A DNA stretch of 64,000 bases, taken from NCBI GenBank assembly GCA_963822255.1, contig CAWGGV010000009.1:236269-300268 (forward strand), given 5' to 3'. Shown here one piece after another: positions 32,764 to 44,555 of the stretch. The stretch comes from an uncultured Gammaproteobacteria bacterium. Its GTDB lineage: Bacteria; Pseudomonadota; Gammaproteobacteria; Pseudomonadales; Azotimanducaceae. The position numbers were made by a program, and so were the translations under genes. Under the pieces are notes generated by a model. That model worked only from the letters and a program-made list of their open reading frames with translations. It made no database searches and had not been told where the DNA came from. The number at the start of each line of letters is the position of its first letter. Position 1 is the stretch's first letter.

Positions 32764-33597
32764 ATGAGTGATGCCGTCGCCGACGAGCTGATCGACCTGC
32801 GCGGATTGCGCTTCCACTACCGCGACTGGGCGGGGCCGACCCCGGACGCGCCGGTCCTGGTGCTGCTGCACGGCTACACCGGCCACGCGCGCTCCTGGGA
32901 CTCGTTCGCCGCGGCGATGTCGGCGCGCTACCGGGTGCTGGCGCTCGACCAGCGCGGTCACGGCGAGACTCAATGGGCGGCGCCGGAGGACTACGGCACC
33001 GCGGAAATGGTCGACGATCTGCAGGCCTTCGTCAGCGCTCTGGCGCTCGACCGGTTCGCGCTGCTCGGGCTGTCCATGGGCGGGATCGTCGCCTTCGACT
33101 ACGCCGGTCGCCGGCCGGCAGCCCTGGCCACCTTGGTGATCGTCGACATCGCGCCGGAAATCGACCCGCTGGGGCTCTCGCGCATCCACGACAACGTGGC
33201 GAGAACCGACACCTTCGACTCCGTGGACGAGGCGTTCGCCCGAGCCCGCGCCGACAATCCGATACCGCCGGAAGCCGAGCAGCGCCACCGGGTCGTCCAC
33301 TCGCTGATGCGTACCGCCGACGGCCGCTTCACGTATCGCTACGATCGCGCGCTGCGGGATCCGGACAACCCGCGCCAGGGCATCCCGGCGGAGGAAGGCT
33401 GGCGCCTGGTGGCGAACATCGCCGTGCCGACCTTGCTGGTGCGCGGCGAGCTGAGCGACATCCTGAGCCGATCGATCGCCGAGCGCATGGTATCCACCAT
33501 CGCCGATTGCCGACTGATCGAGATACCGGGCAGCGGCCATTCCGTGCCCCTGGACAAACCGGCGGAGTTCCTGCGGGCGGTGGACGGGTTCCTGTGA
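32764..33597 (+). CDS. alpha/beta hydrolase
   Basis: HGYTGHARSW oxyanion region and GLSMGG nucleophile elbow. Confidence 0.8.
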   Translation: MSDAVADELIDLRGLRFHYRDWAGPTPDAPVLVLLHGYTGHARSWDSFAAAMSARYRVLALDQRGHGETQWAAPEDYGTAEMVDDLQAFVSALALDRFALLGLSMGGIVAFDYAGRRPAALATLVIVDIAPEIDPLGLSRIHDNVARTDTFDSVDEAFARARADNPIPPEAEQRHRVVHSLMRTADGRFTYRYDRALRDPDNPRQGIPAEEGWRLVANIAVPTLLVRGELSDILSRSIAERMVSTIADCRLIEIPGSGHSVPLDKPAEFLRAVDGFL

Positions 33598-35848
33598 CCC
33601 GACCTCCCGGGCCCGGCGCCTGTCGGCTCGCAGGCGGGTGGGCGGCCGCTCTGCTGCTGGCGCTGGTGCCCGCAGCCGGTGCGGGGGCCACGTCCGCCGA
33701 GCAGGCGCACTGGCAAGCTCACGCCCGGGCGGTCACCATCACCCGCGACGACTGGGGCATCGCCCACGTGCATGGCAAAACCGATGCCGACGCCGTGTTC
33801 GGCATGATCTACGCCCAGGCCGAGGACGACTTCAATCGGGTGGAATCGAACTACCTGACTGCCCTCGGCCGCACCGCGGAAGCCGAAGGTCCATCGGCCC
33901 TCTGGGCCGACCTGCGGCAGAAGCTGTTCATCGATGCCGACGCGTTGCAGGCGCTGTACCGGAAGAGCCCCCGGTGGCTGCGAAACCTGATGGACGCCTG
34001 GGCCGACGGGCTGAACGATTACCTGGCGACCCACCCGGACGTGCACCCCAAGGTGCTCGACCGCTTCGAGCCGTGGATGGCGCTCAGCTTCACCGAAGGC
34101 AGCATCGGCGGCGACATCGAGCGCGCGTCGTTGCCCGACCTCGCCGCGTTCTACGGCGCCAACCCCGACGTGGCCATGGCTGTCGAGCGGCCCGCGCCGC
34201 CGAGCTGGCGGGAGCCCACCGGCTCCAACGGTATCGCCATCGCGCCGAAGCTCACCGCCGACGGCCACGCTCTGCTGCTGATCAACCCCCACACCACCTT
34301 CTTCTTCCGCTCCGAGCTGCAGATGACCAGCGACGAGGGCCTCGACGCCTACGGCGCCGTCACCTGGGGCCAGTTCTTCGTCTATCAGGGCTTCAATCGC
34401 CACGCCGGCTGGATGCACACGTCCACCGGCGCCGACGTGGTCGACGAATTCGCCGAGACCATCGTGCGGGACCACGACAAGCTGTTCTACCGCTACGGCG
34501 ACGAGCTGCGGCCGGTGACCACCCGCGACATCGTCGTGCGCTACCGCAGCGACGACGGCTCCCTGGTCTCGCGGACGTTCACCGGGTACTTCACCCACCA
34601 CGGCCCGGTGGTACGTGCGGCGGACGGCAAGTGGATCACCATGGCGCTGATGAACAAGCCCGTCCCGGCGCTGAAGCAGAGCTGGCTGCGTACCCGCAGC
34701 CCGCGACTACGCGAGCTACCTGAAGGTTGCGGAGCTGAAGGCCAATTCGTCCAACAACACGATCTTCGCCGACGACCAGGGCGAGATCGCCTATCTGCAC
34801 CCGCAGTTCATCCCGCAGCGCGACGACCGCTTCGACTACACCCGGCCGGTCGACGGCAGCAACCCGGCGACCGACTGGCAGGGTCTCACGCCGCTGGACG
34901 AGGTACCGCACGTGGTGGATCCGCGCAACGGCTGGGTGTTCAACACCAACGACTGGCCGTACTCGGCGGCCGGGCTCGACAGCCCGAAACGCAAGGACTT
35001 CCCGCGCTACATGGACACGTTCGGCGAGAATCCGCGCGGCATTCATGCCACGCCCTGTTGACCGGCGCGCGCGAATTTCACCATCCCCAAGCTGCATCAG
35101 CGACGCCTACGACGCCTACCTGCCGGCGTTCGCCCGGCTGATCCCGATACTCGTCGCCGACTACGACCGCGCTGCGCGACGCCGACCCCCTGCACCGGAC
35201 AAGCTCGCGGGGCCCGATCGGCGCTGCTGCGCGACTGGGACTATCGCTGGGGCATCACCTCCATGCCGACGTCACTGGCCGTGTTCTGGGGCGACACCTT
35301 GTGGGACCAGATCGAACCGGCGGCCACCGCCGACGGCATGAGCGTGTACGACTATGCCGCCGGCAAGGCCGGTGCCCGGGCGCGGCTCGACGCCCTGGCC
35401 GAGGCCGCCGACCGCCTGCAGCAGGATTTCGGGAGCTGGGGCACCGCCTGGGGTCAGATCAACCGCTTCCAGCGCCTCGACGACGCCATCGAACCGCATT
35501 TCGACGACGCCGCACCCAGCATCCCCGTGCCGTTCGTATCCTCCCGCTGGGGCTCGCTGGCATCGTTCGGCGCGCACCGCTGGCCGGGCACGAAACGCTA
35601 CTACGGCACCAGCGGCAACAGCTTCGTCGCCGTGGTCGAGTTCGCTCCGAGGGTGCGCGCCCGCGCCGATCACGGCCGGAGGCGAGAGCGGGCATCCGGC
35701 CTCGCCGCACTTCGACGACGAGGCGGAGCGCTACACCACCGGCAATCTGCGCCCGGTGTACTTCTGGCCGGAGGAAATCGAAGGGCACATCGAGCGCACC
35801 TACCATCCCGGCGAGACCGCGGACCCCTCTTCGCCGCCGATTCGCTGA
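33594..35848 (+). pseudogene. penicillin amidase / AHL-acylase family (Ntn-hydrolase, peptidase S45) gene with at least 4-5 frameshifts between ~34700 and ~35700
   Basis: The first ~365 aa are intact, including the autoprocessing site GSNGIAIAP. Conserved continuations are readable in three different frames (DYASYLKVAELKANSSNNTIFADDQGEIAY...; DAYDAYLPAFARLIPILVADYD; LLRDWDYRWGITSMPTSLAVFWGD...; ITAGGESGHPASPHFDDEAERYTTG...). Confidence 0.7.
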
Positions 35849-35849
35849 G

Positions 35850-36802
35850 CTACTTGTTCGCGTTGTTCGCACCCGCGCTCTCGAGCAGCGAGTACAGATC
35901 GCTGTCGGTGGACAGGATCAAGGTGGTGTTGGCATCCACGACCTTCCGGTACGTATCCAGCGTCTTGACGAACGTGTAAAGCTCCGCGGCGCTCGGTGAC
36001 TGGTTGTAGCTGCGGGCGTAGATGTCCGTCGCGGTGGCATCCGCTTTGCCCTGGATCTCCTGAATCGTCTTGTAAGCTGCCGATTCGATCTGCTTCACGT
36101 CGCGCTCCTTCTTGCCCTTGATGCGCGCCGCCTCACCGGCACCCTCCGAACGGAACCGTTCGGCGATCTGCTGGCGCTCGCTGATCATCCGCTGATAGAT
36201 CTTCTGACGGACGCTCTCGTTGTAGTTGATGCGCTTGAAGCGTACGTCGAGCAACTCGATACCGAACTCCGCAAGCTTCGCGGAAGCCTGCCGGATGATG
36301 TCCTCCTCGATCGCGCGGCGTCCTATCTCGATCGGCAACAGCGTGCCGATATCCGCTTTGGCCAGCACGGGATCGACCTCGGGCTTCCGGCCCTTGGTGG
36401 TGCGGATCAGCTCGATCAGCTCGTGCTTGGCGACGGCGTTGCGCGTTTCACTGCCCAGAATGTCATCGAGCCGGGACTGCGCGCTACGCTCGTCGCGCAG
36501 CCGCAGAAAGTACTGGGAGAGGGTCCTTGATGCGCCAGCGACCGAAGGTGTCCACCGTGATGTACAGCTTGTCTTTGGTCGGCATGTCGTTGGGCACTCC
36601 GTCCCACTCCAGAATGCGCTTTTCGAAGACATTGGCGTTCTGCACGAACGGAACCTTGAAGTGCAGGCCGGCCTCATCGACCACGCCACCCACGGGCTTG
36701 CCGAACTGGGTGATGATGACGCGCTCGGTCTCATTCACCTCGTACACGCCGGACAGGACCGACCACGACGATCACCAGGGTCACGGCCAACGCCACAATC
36801 AT
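35850..36802 (-). CDS. hflC: HflC (SPFH protease modulator), with two apparent frameshifts (~36750-36765 and ~36510-36525)
   Basis: The N-terminus MIVALAVTLVIVVVG, middle VLSGVYEVNETERVIITQFGKPVGG... and C-terminal main ORF are each in different frames, but all are collinear with HflC. Confidence 0.75.
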
Positions 36803-36830
36803 CTTGAAGTTCTTCACCTTCGACTCCCGG

Positions 36831-37829
36831 TCACTGCGGTTGCTGCGGCTGCGGTGCCTGGGTCGTTCCGTGGCCGACGTTCAGCAGCGGCAGCACCGAT
36901 GAGGCAGAGCCGTCGACGACGATCTTGGACTGCACCCGCGGCAGCACCTCGGCGAGGGTCTCCAGATAAAGCCGCCGCTTGGTGACCGCTGGCGCTTTCT
37001 GGTACTGGGTCAACAGCGCGTTGAAGCGTTCCACATCGCCCTCGGCCTCGTTCACCCGCTGAATCGCGTAGCCGTTGGCCGCCTGTATTTTCTGGTCGGC
37101 TTCACCACGTGTGCGCGGCACCGCCTTGTTGTAATCCCCCTTGGCGACGTTGATCAGCCGCTCCCGTTCCTGTTGCGCTTCGTTCACCTCGTCGAACGAC
37201 GCCTGAACCGGTTGCGGCGGATTGACGTTCTTGAGCTGCACCTGGTCGATGGACAGACCCATCTGGTAGGTATCGACCACGTCCTGCAGCTTCACCTGGG
37301 CGCTGCTCTCGATGTCCTGACGGCCGATGGTCAGAACCTCGTCCACCGTGCGGTCGCCGACGACTTCCCGCATCACCGCTTCAGATGCGTCGCGCAACGT
37401 CGCGCCCGGATCCCGCACCTTGAAGAGATAGTCGTAGGGCCGCCGGATCCGGTATTGAATGATCCATTCCACCACCGCCGTATTCAGGTCACCCGTGACC
37501 ATGGTCGTTTCCAGCGGCCATTCCGAGCGAGCGGAGGTCTGGCTGCCATTGGTGGCACCGGGCGTGGCGAATCCGAACTCGTCCTTGAGCTGACGTTTGA
37601 CGGGCACCAGGGTGACGGTGTCCACGCCGAACGGCACCTTGAAGTGAAGCCCCGGGTTGACGTCTTCGTAGTAGCGCCCGAAGCGCTGAACGATGCCCAC
37701 CGATTCCGCCGGCACCGTGTATATGCCCGAGTAGAGGAACCAGACGAGCAGCCCGGCGATCACGACGAGCGGCACCAGCTTGACCGGAAGACCGGGCGGC
37801 CTTGCGGGAAAATCGATCGTCTTAGCCAT
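36831..37829 (-). CDS. hflK: HflK
   Basis: 332 aa, collinear HflK family (VPAESVGIVQRFGRY...). Confidence 0.85.
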   Translation of the reverse strand: MAKTIDFPARPPGLPVKLVPLVVIAGLLVWFLYSGIYTVPAESVGIVQRFGRYYEDVNPGLHFKVPFGVDTVTLVPVKRQLKDEFGFATPGATNGSQTSARSEWPLETTMVTGDLNTAVVEWIIQYRIRRPYDYLFKVRDPGATLRDASEAVMREVVGDRTVDEVLTIGRQDIESSAQVKLQDVVDTYQMGLSIDQVQLKNVNPPQPVQASFDEVNEAQQERERLINVAKGDYNKAVPRTRGEADQKIQAANGYAIQRVNEAEGDVERFNALLTQYQKAPAVTKRRLYLETLAEVLPRVQSKIVVDGSASSVLPLLNVGHGTTQAPQPQQPQ

Positions 37830-38018
37830 GGGTCTCCTCCCAATGCACTGGCAAGCGTGTGCCGCCCCGTATGTCTGCGCATCATACGCGTGATTTGCTC
37901 ATCTTCGGCAGCGGATGGACCCGATCTTGCAAAGCGGATGGACCCGATCTTGCAATACGATCTTGCAAATTGATCCTGCAAGTCCGGGTGCCGCGTACCG
38001 CGGCAGGAGAAGAAGACT

Positions 38019-38626
38019 GTGTTCGGCTGGATTACCGGCTTTCTGGCCAGGAGCGGCTATCTCGGCATTGCCTCGCTCATGCTCGCCGAGAACGTGTTTC
38101 CACCCATCCCGTCCGAGCTGGTGATGCCGCTGGCGGGGTTCACCTCGGCCCAGGGCCAGCTCAACCTCGGGCTCGCAGTGGCTGCGGGGGCGGTAGGCTC
38201 GCTGCTGGGCGCGCTGTTCTGGTATTTCGTCGGCCGCTGGATCGGCTCGAGCGGCTGAAATCATGGGCGTCGCGCCACGGCCGGTGGCTCACCTTGACGC
38301 CTCAGGACGTCGACGGTTCCTGCCGCTGGTTCAACCGCCACGGCGGCAAGGCGGTGTTCTTCGGCCGGCTGGTGCCAGCCGTGCGTACCCTCGTGTCCGT
38401 GCCGGCCGGTATCGCTCACATGCCGCTGACCCGCTTCCTGCTGTTCTCGGCGCTCGGCACCGTCATCTGGACCGCTCTGCTCGCCGCCGCGGGATATCTC
38501 CTCGGTGAGCGCTACGCGCTGGTGTCGGGATGGCTCGATCCCGTCACCTGGACCGTCGTCGCCGTGCTCATCCTGTGGTACGTCTATCGGGTCGTCACGT
38601 TCGGCCGCCGTGCGCGCGCCGGCTGA
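38019..38626 (+). CDS. DedA family (VTT domain) membrane protein with an apparent frameshift near 38235-38255
   Basis: N-terminal part GYLGIASLMLAENVFPPIPSELVMPLAGF; the C-terminal part continues in another frame (RLERLKSWASRHGRWLTLTPQDV...GRLVPAVRTLVSVPAG). Confidence 0.7.
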
Positions 38627-38662
38627 TGGAGATGTGCCCGCTGCGCTAGAATCAGCGCACCT

Positions 38663-40066
38663 ATGGGACCCACCGAAGAAACCGGGCTCCGCAAAAGCCT
38701 GAAGTCACGACACGTCACGATGATCTCCATCGGCGGGATCATCGGCGCGGGGCTGTTCGTCGGCAGCAGTGCCGCCATCGCGGCCGCGGGGCCGGGCATC
38801 CTCGTGAGCTACCTGATCGCCGGCGTGGTGATTCTGCTGGTGATGCGCATGCTCAGCGAGATGGCGTCGGTGTATCCGAACATCGGCTCGTTCACCGAAT
38901 ACGCGCGGGTCGGACTCGGCGGCTGGGCCGGGTTCGTGAGCGGCTGGCTTTACTGGTACTTCTGGGTGGTGGTGGTGGCTGTGGAAGCGATCGCCGGCGC
39001 CGGTGTCATCGCCGGCTGGGTCCCGCTGCCGCAATGGCAGATCGGCCTGGTCCTGATGGTCGCGCTCACCGCCGTGAACCTTCTCTCCACACGCTCGTAC
39101 GGTGAGTTCGAGTTCTGGTTCGCCTCGATCAAGGTCGCCGCGATTCTCTCCTTCATCACCATCGCCGCCTCCTACCTGCTCGGCTTCGCGCCCGACACCG
39201 CGCCGGGGCTTGCGAACCTCACCGCCCACGGCGGGTTCATGCCGCTCGGGCCGCTGGCCGTGCTCGCCGGCATCACGACGGTGATCTTCTCGCTCATCGG
39301 CGCGGAGATCGCCATCATCGCCGCGGCCGAGTCCCGCGAGCCGGTGCGCACCATCTCGCGGCTGACGGTGACCATCGTGCTGCGGATTCTGCTGTTCTAC
39401 GTGTTGTCGATCCTGCTGATCATGCTGATCGTGCCGTGGAACGAGGTCACTCCGGGAGTCTCGCCTTTCGTCATGGCCCTCGACCGCATCGGCATCCCCG
39501 CCGCGTCCCTGCTCATGAACGTGGTGGTGCTGACGGCGGTGCTGTCGTGCCTGAACAGCGGCGTCTACGTGACTTCACGGGTGCTGTTCACCCTCGCCGC
39601 CCACGGCGACGCGCCCCAGGGGCTGGTCGCCCTCAGCAGAAACCGGGTGCCGGCGAGAGCCATCCTGCTGGGCAGTACCATGGGATACGCCGCCGTCATC
39701 ACTGGGGTAATCTCGCCGTCGGTGGTGTTCGCGTTCCTGCTCAACACCTCGGGCGCGATCATGCTGATCGTCTACCTCATCGTTGCCGCCGCTGAAATCC
39801 GCTTGAGGCGGCGGGTCGAGGCGGACGACCCGTCCCGGCTGCTGATCCGCATGTGGTGGTTCCCTTACGCGAGCTGGCTGGTGATCGCCGCCATCATCGC
39901 GGTGCTGATCGCCATGGCGTTCACCCCCGCGCTCGCCTCCCAGGTGTACGCGAGCCTGCTGTGTCTCGGGGTGGTCGTGATGGCGTATTGCGGGCTGCGG
40001 CGAAGACGGCGTGATACCCTCGCCGCGGGGGCGCAGACAGAGCAACGGACGGCGAGCGACCAATGA
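38663..40066 (+). CDS. amino acid permease (APC/AAT family)
   Basis: 467 aa, 12 TM helices, N-terminal [21 protein letters not shown] signature. Confidence 0.85.
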   Translation: MGPTEETGLRKSLKSRHVTMISIGGIIGAGLFVGSSAAIAAAGPGILVSYLIAGVVILLVMRMLSEMASVYPNIGSFTEYARVGLGGWAGFVSGWLYWYFWVVVVAVEAIAGAGVIAGWVPLPQWQIGLVLMVALTAVNLLSTRSYGEFEFWFASIKVAAILSFITIAASYLLGFAPDTAPGLANLTAHGGFMPLGPLAVLAGITTVIFSLIGAEIAIIAAAESREPVRTISRLTVTIVLRILLFYVLSILLIMLIVPWNEVTPGVSPFVMALDRIGIPAASLLMNVVVLTAVLSCLNSGVYVTSRVLFTLAAHGDAPQGLVALSRNRVPARAILLGSTMGYAAVITGVISPSVVFAFLLNTSGAIMLIVYLIVAAAEIRLRRRVEADDPSRLLIRMWWFPYASWLVIAAIIAVLIAMAFTPALASQVYASLLCLGVVVMAYCGLRRRRRDTLAAGAQTEQRTASDQ

Positions 40067-41448
40067 CCGACTTCCTGCAGGACGTCTCCAGCTTCATCTG
40101 GGGCCCGAAGCTCCTCATTCCGCTGCTGCTGCTGACCGGGCTCTACCTCACCGTCCGGCTTCGCGGCGTCCAGTTCCGCGAGCTCGGGCCTGCGCTCTAC
40201 CTGGGCCTGGTCGTGCGCACCGAGCCGGGCTCGAAGGGCGACATCTCCCACTACCAGGCGCTCATGACGGCACTCGCCGCCACCGTCGGCACCGGCAACC
40301 TGGTCGGCGTGGCCACCGCCATTGCCGCCGGCGGGCCGGGGGCGCTGTTCTGGATGTGGGTGACGGGCCTGGTGGGCATGGCGACCAAGTACTCCGAGGC
40401 GCTGCTGTCGGTCATGTTCCGCATCACCGATCATCGCGGCGAGCAGGCGGGCGGGCCCATGTACTACCTGTCCCGGGGCATACGCTATCGCCCACTCGGC
40501 GTCACCCTCGGGTTTCTGTTCGCGCTGTTCACCGCGGTCGCCGCGTTCGGCATCGGCAACATGGTGCAGTCGAACGCGGTGGCCACCGCCGTCGAGCAGG
40601 CGTTCGGAATCGGGCGCGGCATCACCGGCATCGTCATTGCCGTTCTGCTGGGGCTGGTGATCCTCGGCGGCATCCGCTCCATCGGCCGAGTCACCGGCGT
40701 GTTCGTGCCGTTCATGATCGTGGTGTATCTGATATCAGCCGGAATCGTCTGGATCGCCCGCTTCGACGCGTTGCCCGACGCCTTCGCCCTGGTGTTCTCG
40801 GACGCCTTCACCGGTACCGCCGCCACCGGCGGGTTCCTCGGCGCGGGCATCGCCCAGGCCATGCGCTACGGCGTCGCGCGGGGCATCTTCAGCAACGAAT
40901 CGGGGCTGGGTTCCGCCGGCATCGCCGCGGCCGCGGCGCAGACCACGGAGCCTGCCCGTCAGGCGCTGGTCTCCATGACCCAGACCTTCATCGACACCAT
41001 CGTCGTGTGCACGTTCACCGGCATCGCCATCATCGCCACCGGCGTCTGGAGTTCGGGGGACACCGGCGCAAACCTCACTCAGCTCGCTTTCGACTCGGTG
41101 CTGCCGGGCGGGCTCGGCAGCATCATGGTGGCGCTGGCGCTGGCCATGTTCGCCTTTTCCACCATGCTCGGCTGGTCCTATTACGGCGAGCGCAGCATCG
41201 AGTACCTGCTGGGCGAATGGGCCATCGTCCCCTACCGGCTTCTGTTCGTGGCCGCGGCCTTCGTCGGCGCAGTCCGCACACTGCAGTTCGTCTGGACCTT
41301 CTCCGACGTGATGAACGGGCTCATGGCGCTGCCGAATCTCATCGGCCTGCTGCTGCTCTCGGGAATCGTCGCCCGTGAAACCCGGCGCTATCTGGACCGG
41401 CCGTCGACCGCCGTGCCGCTCGGCGGCCGCGACGGCACGCCGTCATGA
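40063..41448 (+). CDS. alanine/glycine:cation symporter (AGCS family)
   Basis: AGCS signature segments. Its ATG overlaps the upstream stop (ATGA). Confidence 0.85.
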   Translation: MTDFLQDVSSFIWGPKLLIPLLLLTGLYLTVRLRGVQFRELGPALYLGLVVRTEPGSKGDISHYQALMTALAATVGTGNLVGVATAIAAGGPGALFWMWVTGLVGMATKYSEALLSVMFRITDHRGEQAGGPMYYLSRGIRYRPLGVTLGFLFALFTAVAAFGIGNMVQSNAVATAVEQAFGIGRGITGIVIAVLLGLVILGGIRSIGRVTGVFVPFMIVVYLISAGIVWIARFDALPDAFALVFSDAFTGTAATGGFLGAGIAQAMRYGVARGIFSNESGLGSAGIAAAAAQTTEPARQALVSMTQTFIDTIVVCTFTGIAIIATGVWSSGDTGANLTQLAFDSVLPGGLGSIMVALALAMFAFSTMLGWSYYGERSIEYLLGEWAIVPYRLLFVAAAFVGAVRTLQFVWTFSDVMNGLMALPNLIGLLLLSGIVARETRRYLDRPSTAVPLGGRDGTPS

Positions 41449-41455
41449 CCACCCA

Positions 41456-42721
41456 TTAACGGGACCGTTCCCGCCCGGGATAAGGATCCCCTGTGCCGTA
41501 GCCGTCGCTCAGCGTCTGAAGGAACGCGATCAGATCGGCGATCTCCGCGTCGTCGAGTGCCGGCGGAGCACCCCGCCGGCGGTCGAACGGCGGGTCGGTG
41601 ACGTCGATGTTGCCACGGTAGGGCGGCGGCACGTCGTCGTAGACGAGCACCTTGCCGTCGGCCGCGCGGGGATAGATGGCGTCCGGCCGGGTCTCCCGCC
41701 TGGCGTAGAAGTGGAGTACGTCCCTCAACTCGTGATAGACGCCGTTATGGAAGTAGACCTTCCGCCGGGCCGTGTTGCGCAGCGACGGCGTCTTGAACAG
41801 CCCGCAGTATTGGTCGGCAGATTGCAGGTCTGCCCGCAGCGGTCCGCACAAGCCCAGGTCGGAGAATCCGGGGTCGGCGTTGCGCGCAATGGCCGCGTTG
41901 CGGGGCACCGCCAGCGCCTCGTACTCGTAGTCGGTGAACGCCGGCGGTCGGCCGTTGGCGGTGAGCTTGTCCAGATGGCAGCTCGCGCAATTGCCGCGTC
42001 GCTCGTCCTCGAACACCGCCAGCCCGCGCTGCTCGGCGGGGGTCAACGACGCCTTGCCGTTCAAGTAATAGTCGTACTTGCTGTCGTAGGGATGAAACGA
42101 CGGATCCTCGTACTGATAACGCCCCACCGCGAACAGCGCGCCGGCAATCAACGCATCATCGTCCTCGAGCACCCGCGGGCCGAACAGCGCAGCGAAGCCG
42201 GACCGGTAACTGGCGCTGCGCAGCGTCTCGGCAACGGCTGCCGGCCCTGACGCGGCCATCTCGAACGGGCTGAACAGCGGACCCCGTGCCTGATCCTGCA
42301 AGGTGTCGGCGCGGCCGTCCCAGAACAGGCCGCCACTCGGCACCGCGGCAGCCGACGGCAAGCCCGAAGTGACGGCACCGGCGTCCGGGCGCTCGTGGTC
42401 CGGGCCGATGCGGAACCCCGGCGTGCGATCGACGTACTTGAGCGATGGCACGGCGCGCAGCCCCGAGCGATCGAGCTGGGCGCCGCCGGACCTCACCGGG
42501 CGGCCGTCGGGCGGCCCGTAGTCGTAGCCGGGATCGTGGCAGCTGACGCAGCTGAGCTGCCCCGACCCGGATAGCCGGGCGTCGTAGAAGAGGCGCTGAC
42601 CGAGGCGCGCCATCAGGCTCAGCGGCGGCGGGCCGTCGGCCGCACCCAATGGCGGCGCCGGGATAGCCGTCAACGCAACCACAGCCGCGGCCATGCACCG
42701 GCGCAATGCCCGGCGTATCAT
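41456..42721 (-). CDS. di-haem cytochrome c peroxidase (CCP/MauG family)
   Basis: Two CxxCH haem sites (CVSCHD and CASCHLD) and a signal peptide. Confidence 0.85.
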   Translation of the reverse strand: MIRRALRRCMAAAVVALTAIPAPPLGAADGPPPLSLMARLGQRLFYDARLSGSGQLSCVSCHDPGYDYGPPDGRPVRSGGAQLDRSGLRAVPSLKYVDRTPGFRIGPDHERPDAGAVTSGLPSAAAVPSGGLFWDGRADTLQDQARGPLFSPFEMAASGPAAVAETLRSASYRSGFAALFGPRVLEDDDALIAGALFAVGRYQYEDPSFHPYDSKYDYYLNGKASLTPAEQRGLAVFEDERRGNCASCHLDKLTANGRPPAFTDYEYEALAVPRNAAIARNADPGFSDLGLCGPLRADLQSADQYCGLFKTPSLRNTARRKVYFHNGVYHELRDVLHFYARRETRPDAIYPRAADGKVLVYDDVPPPYRGNIDVTDPPFDRRRGAPPALDDAEIADLIAFLQTLSDGYGTGDPYPGRERSR

Positions 42722-42825
42722 GCCGCAACACGCCGAGCGACCACCCGCCGCGTCGTCGAATTGTCACGATTCAGCGGCAGGCTGCGCCGCATTCGCCACC
42801 CGGCGCTGAAAAACAAGGAACGATC

Positions 42826-44418
42826 ATGAGGAATCGAACGAAGCTGTTCGGGGCGGCACTGACTGCCATGATGCTGCTGTCCGCGGCCGAATCGCCGGCG
42901 GCCGAATCGCCGGCCGCCGAGGCGCGGAGCTTCCACCCGCCGGACGCGGTATCGGTAAAGACGCCGATCCGCCATCTGGTGGTGATCTTTCAGGAGAACG
43001 TCTCCTTCGACCATTACTTCGCGACGTATCCCCACGCGCTCAATCCCGATGGCGAGCCGCGATTCGATGCCGCAGCCGACACGCCGACGGTCAACGGCCT
43101 GAACGACCCGCTGTTGTATCACAATCCGAATGGCGCGAATCCCCAGCGCCTGGACCGCACGGAGGCGGTCACCTGCGATCAGGATCACTCGTACACGAAC
43201 GAGCAGAAGGCGGTCAATGGCGGGCTGATGGACAAGTTCGTCGAGTTCACCACCGGCCGTCACTGCGATGCCACCTCGAGTGGACGCCCCAGCCTGGTGC
43301 TGGACTACTACGACGGCAATACCGTCACGGCGCTGTGGAACTATGCTCAGCACTACGCGCTGAGCGACAACTCGTTCGCCACGGTGTACGGCCCGTCGAC
43401 GCCGGGCGCGCTCAATCTGATCTCCGGCCAGACCCACGGCGCGGTCTCGACGGACCCGGAGAACGACCGCTACGGCGCCGTCAGTGCCGACGCCAACGGC
43501 GTCGGCACGGTCATCAACGACCCCGACCCGACCTTCGACGACTGCTCGACGGTACAATATCCCACCGTCTCGATGGTCGACAGCAAGCGAAACGTCGGCG
43601 ACCTGCTGAACGCCAGAGGCGTCACCTGGGGCTGGTTCGAAGGCGGCTTCCGGCCGACCGAAGTGCAGGACGGCAAAGCCCTGTGCGGCGCGCGCCACGA
43701 CAACATCGCCGGCATCAGCGTTCCCGACTACATCCCCCATCACCAGCCGTTCCAGTACTACCGGTCAACGGCCAATCCCCACCACCTGGCACCCGAATCC
43801 GTCGCCGAGGTCGGCCGTGACGGTCCCGCCAATCATCAATACGATCTAGAGGACTTCTGGGCGGCAGTCGATGCAGGCGAGCTGCCGTCCGTGAGCTTTC
43901 TGAAGGCGGCAGCGTACCAGGACGGTCACGCGGGCTACTCGAACCCGCTGGACGAGCAGACGTTTCTGGTGGAGACGGTCAACCACCTGCAGAAGAGCCG
44001 GGCTTGGAAGGACATGGCCATCGTAATCGCCTACGACGACTCGGACGGCTGGTACGACCACGTCATGGCGCCGGTGGTGAGCCAGTCGTCGGATCCCGAG
44101 CACGATGCGCTGACCGGCGCAGGGGCCTGCGGCAAGACGCCCGAAGGCGGCTATGCGGACCGCTGCGGCTACGGCCCGCGATTGCCGCTATTGATCATTT
44201 CCCCCTGGTCTCGCGTCAACTTCGTCGACCACAGCCTCACCGATCAGACCTCGGTGCTGCGGTTCATCGAAGACAATTGGGACCTGGGCCGCATCGGCGA
44301 CGGCTCGTTCGATGGGATGGCGGGGAGCATAGAGCGTATGTTCGACTTCGGCCGTGGCCGTCGCGCCGGTCGGCTGAGTCTCGATCCGGCGAGCGGTGTC
44401 GCGGGGCGCGGGCGCTGA
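42826..44418 (+). CDS. secreted phosphoesterase-family protein (non-haemolytic phospholipase C / AcpA-like)
   Basis: Phosphoesterase-family collinearity. The signal peptide carries the tandem motif AESPAAESPAAE. Ribosome-binding site AAGGAA. Confidence 0.8.
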   Translation: MRNRTKLFGAALTAMMLLSAAESPAAESPAAEARSFHPPDAVSVKTPIRHLVVIFQENVSFDHYFATYPHALNPDGEPRFDAAADTPTVNGLNDPLLYHNPNGANPQRLDRTEAVTCDQDHSYTNEQKAVNGGLMDKFVEFTTGRHCDATSSGRPSLVLDYYDGNTVTALWNYAQHYALSDNSFATVYGPSTPGALNLISGQTHGAVSTDPENDRYGAVSADANGVGTVINDPDPTFDDCSTVQYPTVSMVDSKRNVGDLLNARGVTWGWFEGGFRPTEVQDGKALCGARHDNIAGISVPDYIPHHQPFQYYRSTANPHHLAPESVAEVGRDGPANHQYDLEDFWAAVDAGELPSVSFLKAAAYQDGHAGYSNPLDEQTFLVETVNHLQKSRAWKDMAIVIAYDDSDGWYDHVMAPVVSQSSDPEHDALTGAGACGKTPEGGYADRCGYGPRLPLLIISPWSRVNFVDHSLTDQTSVLRFIEDNWDLGRIGDGSFDGMAGSIERMFDFGRGRRAGRLSLDPASGVAGRGR

Positions 44419-44426
44419 GGTGGGCG

Positions 44427-44555
44427 GATCGCGGCCGGGAGGCCGCTCCCACATTGAAGAGGCCGCTGCCACGTTCGCGATCGCGGCCGGGAGGCCGCTC
44501 CCACATGGGACATTGGGAGGCCGCTCCCACATTGGACGGCCGCTCCCACATTCAG
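44427..44555. repeat. cluster of ~5 full or partial REP-like units (GATCGCGGCCGGGAGGCCGCTCCCACA) in a convergent intergenic region
   Basis: Same unit as at 14195-14257. Palindromic core GCGGCC-GGGA-GGCCGC. It lies between the phospholipase C end (44418) and the oxidoreductase end (44552). Confidence 0.75.

Noticed and set aside
44427-44555. Possible CRISPR array, because of the repeated ~27-nt units
   Set aside because: The units are palindromic REP-type, spacers are irregular (4-20 nt) and partly absent, copies are partial, and there are no cas genes. This fits a REP/BIME cluster between convergent genes.
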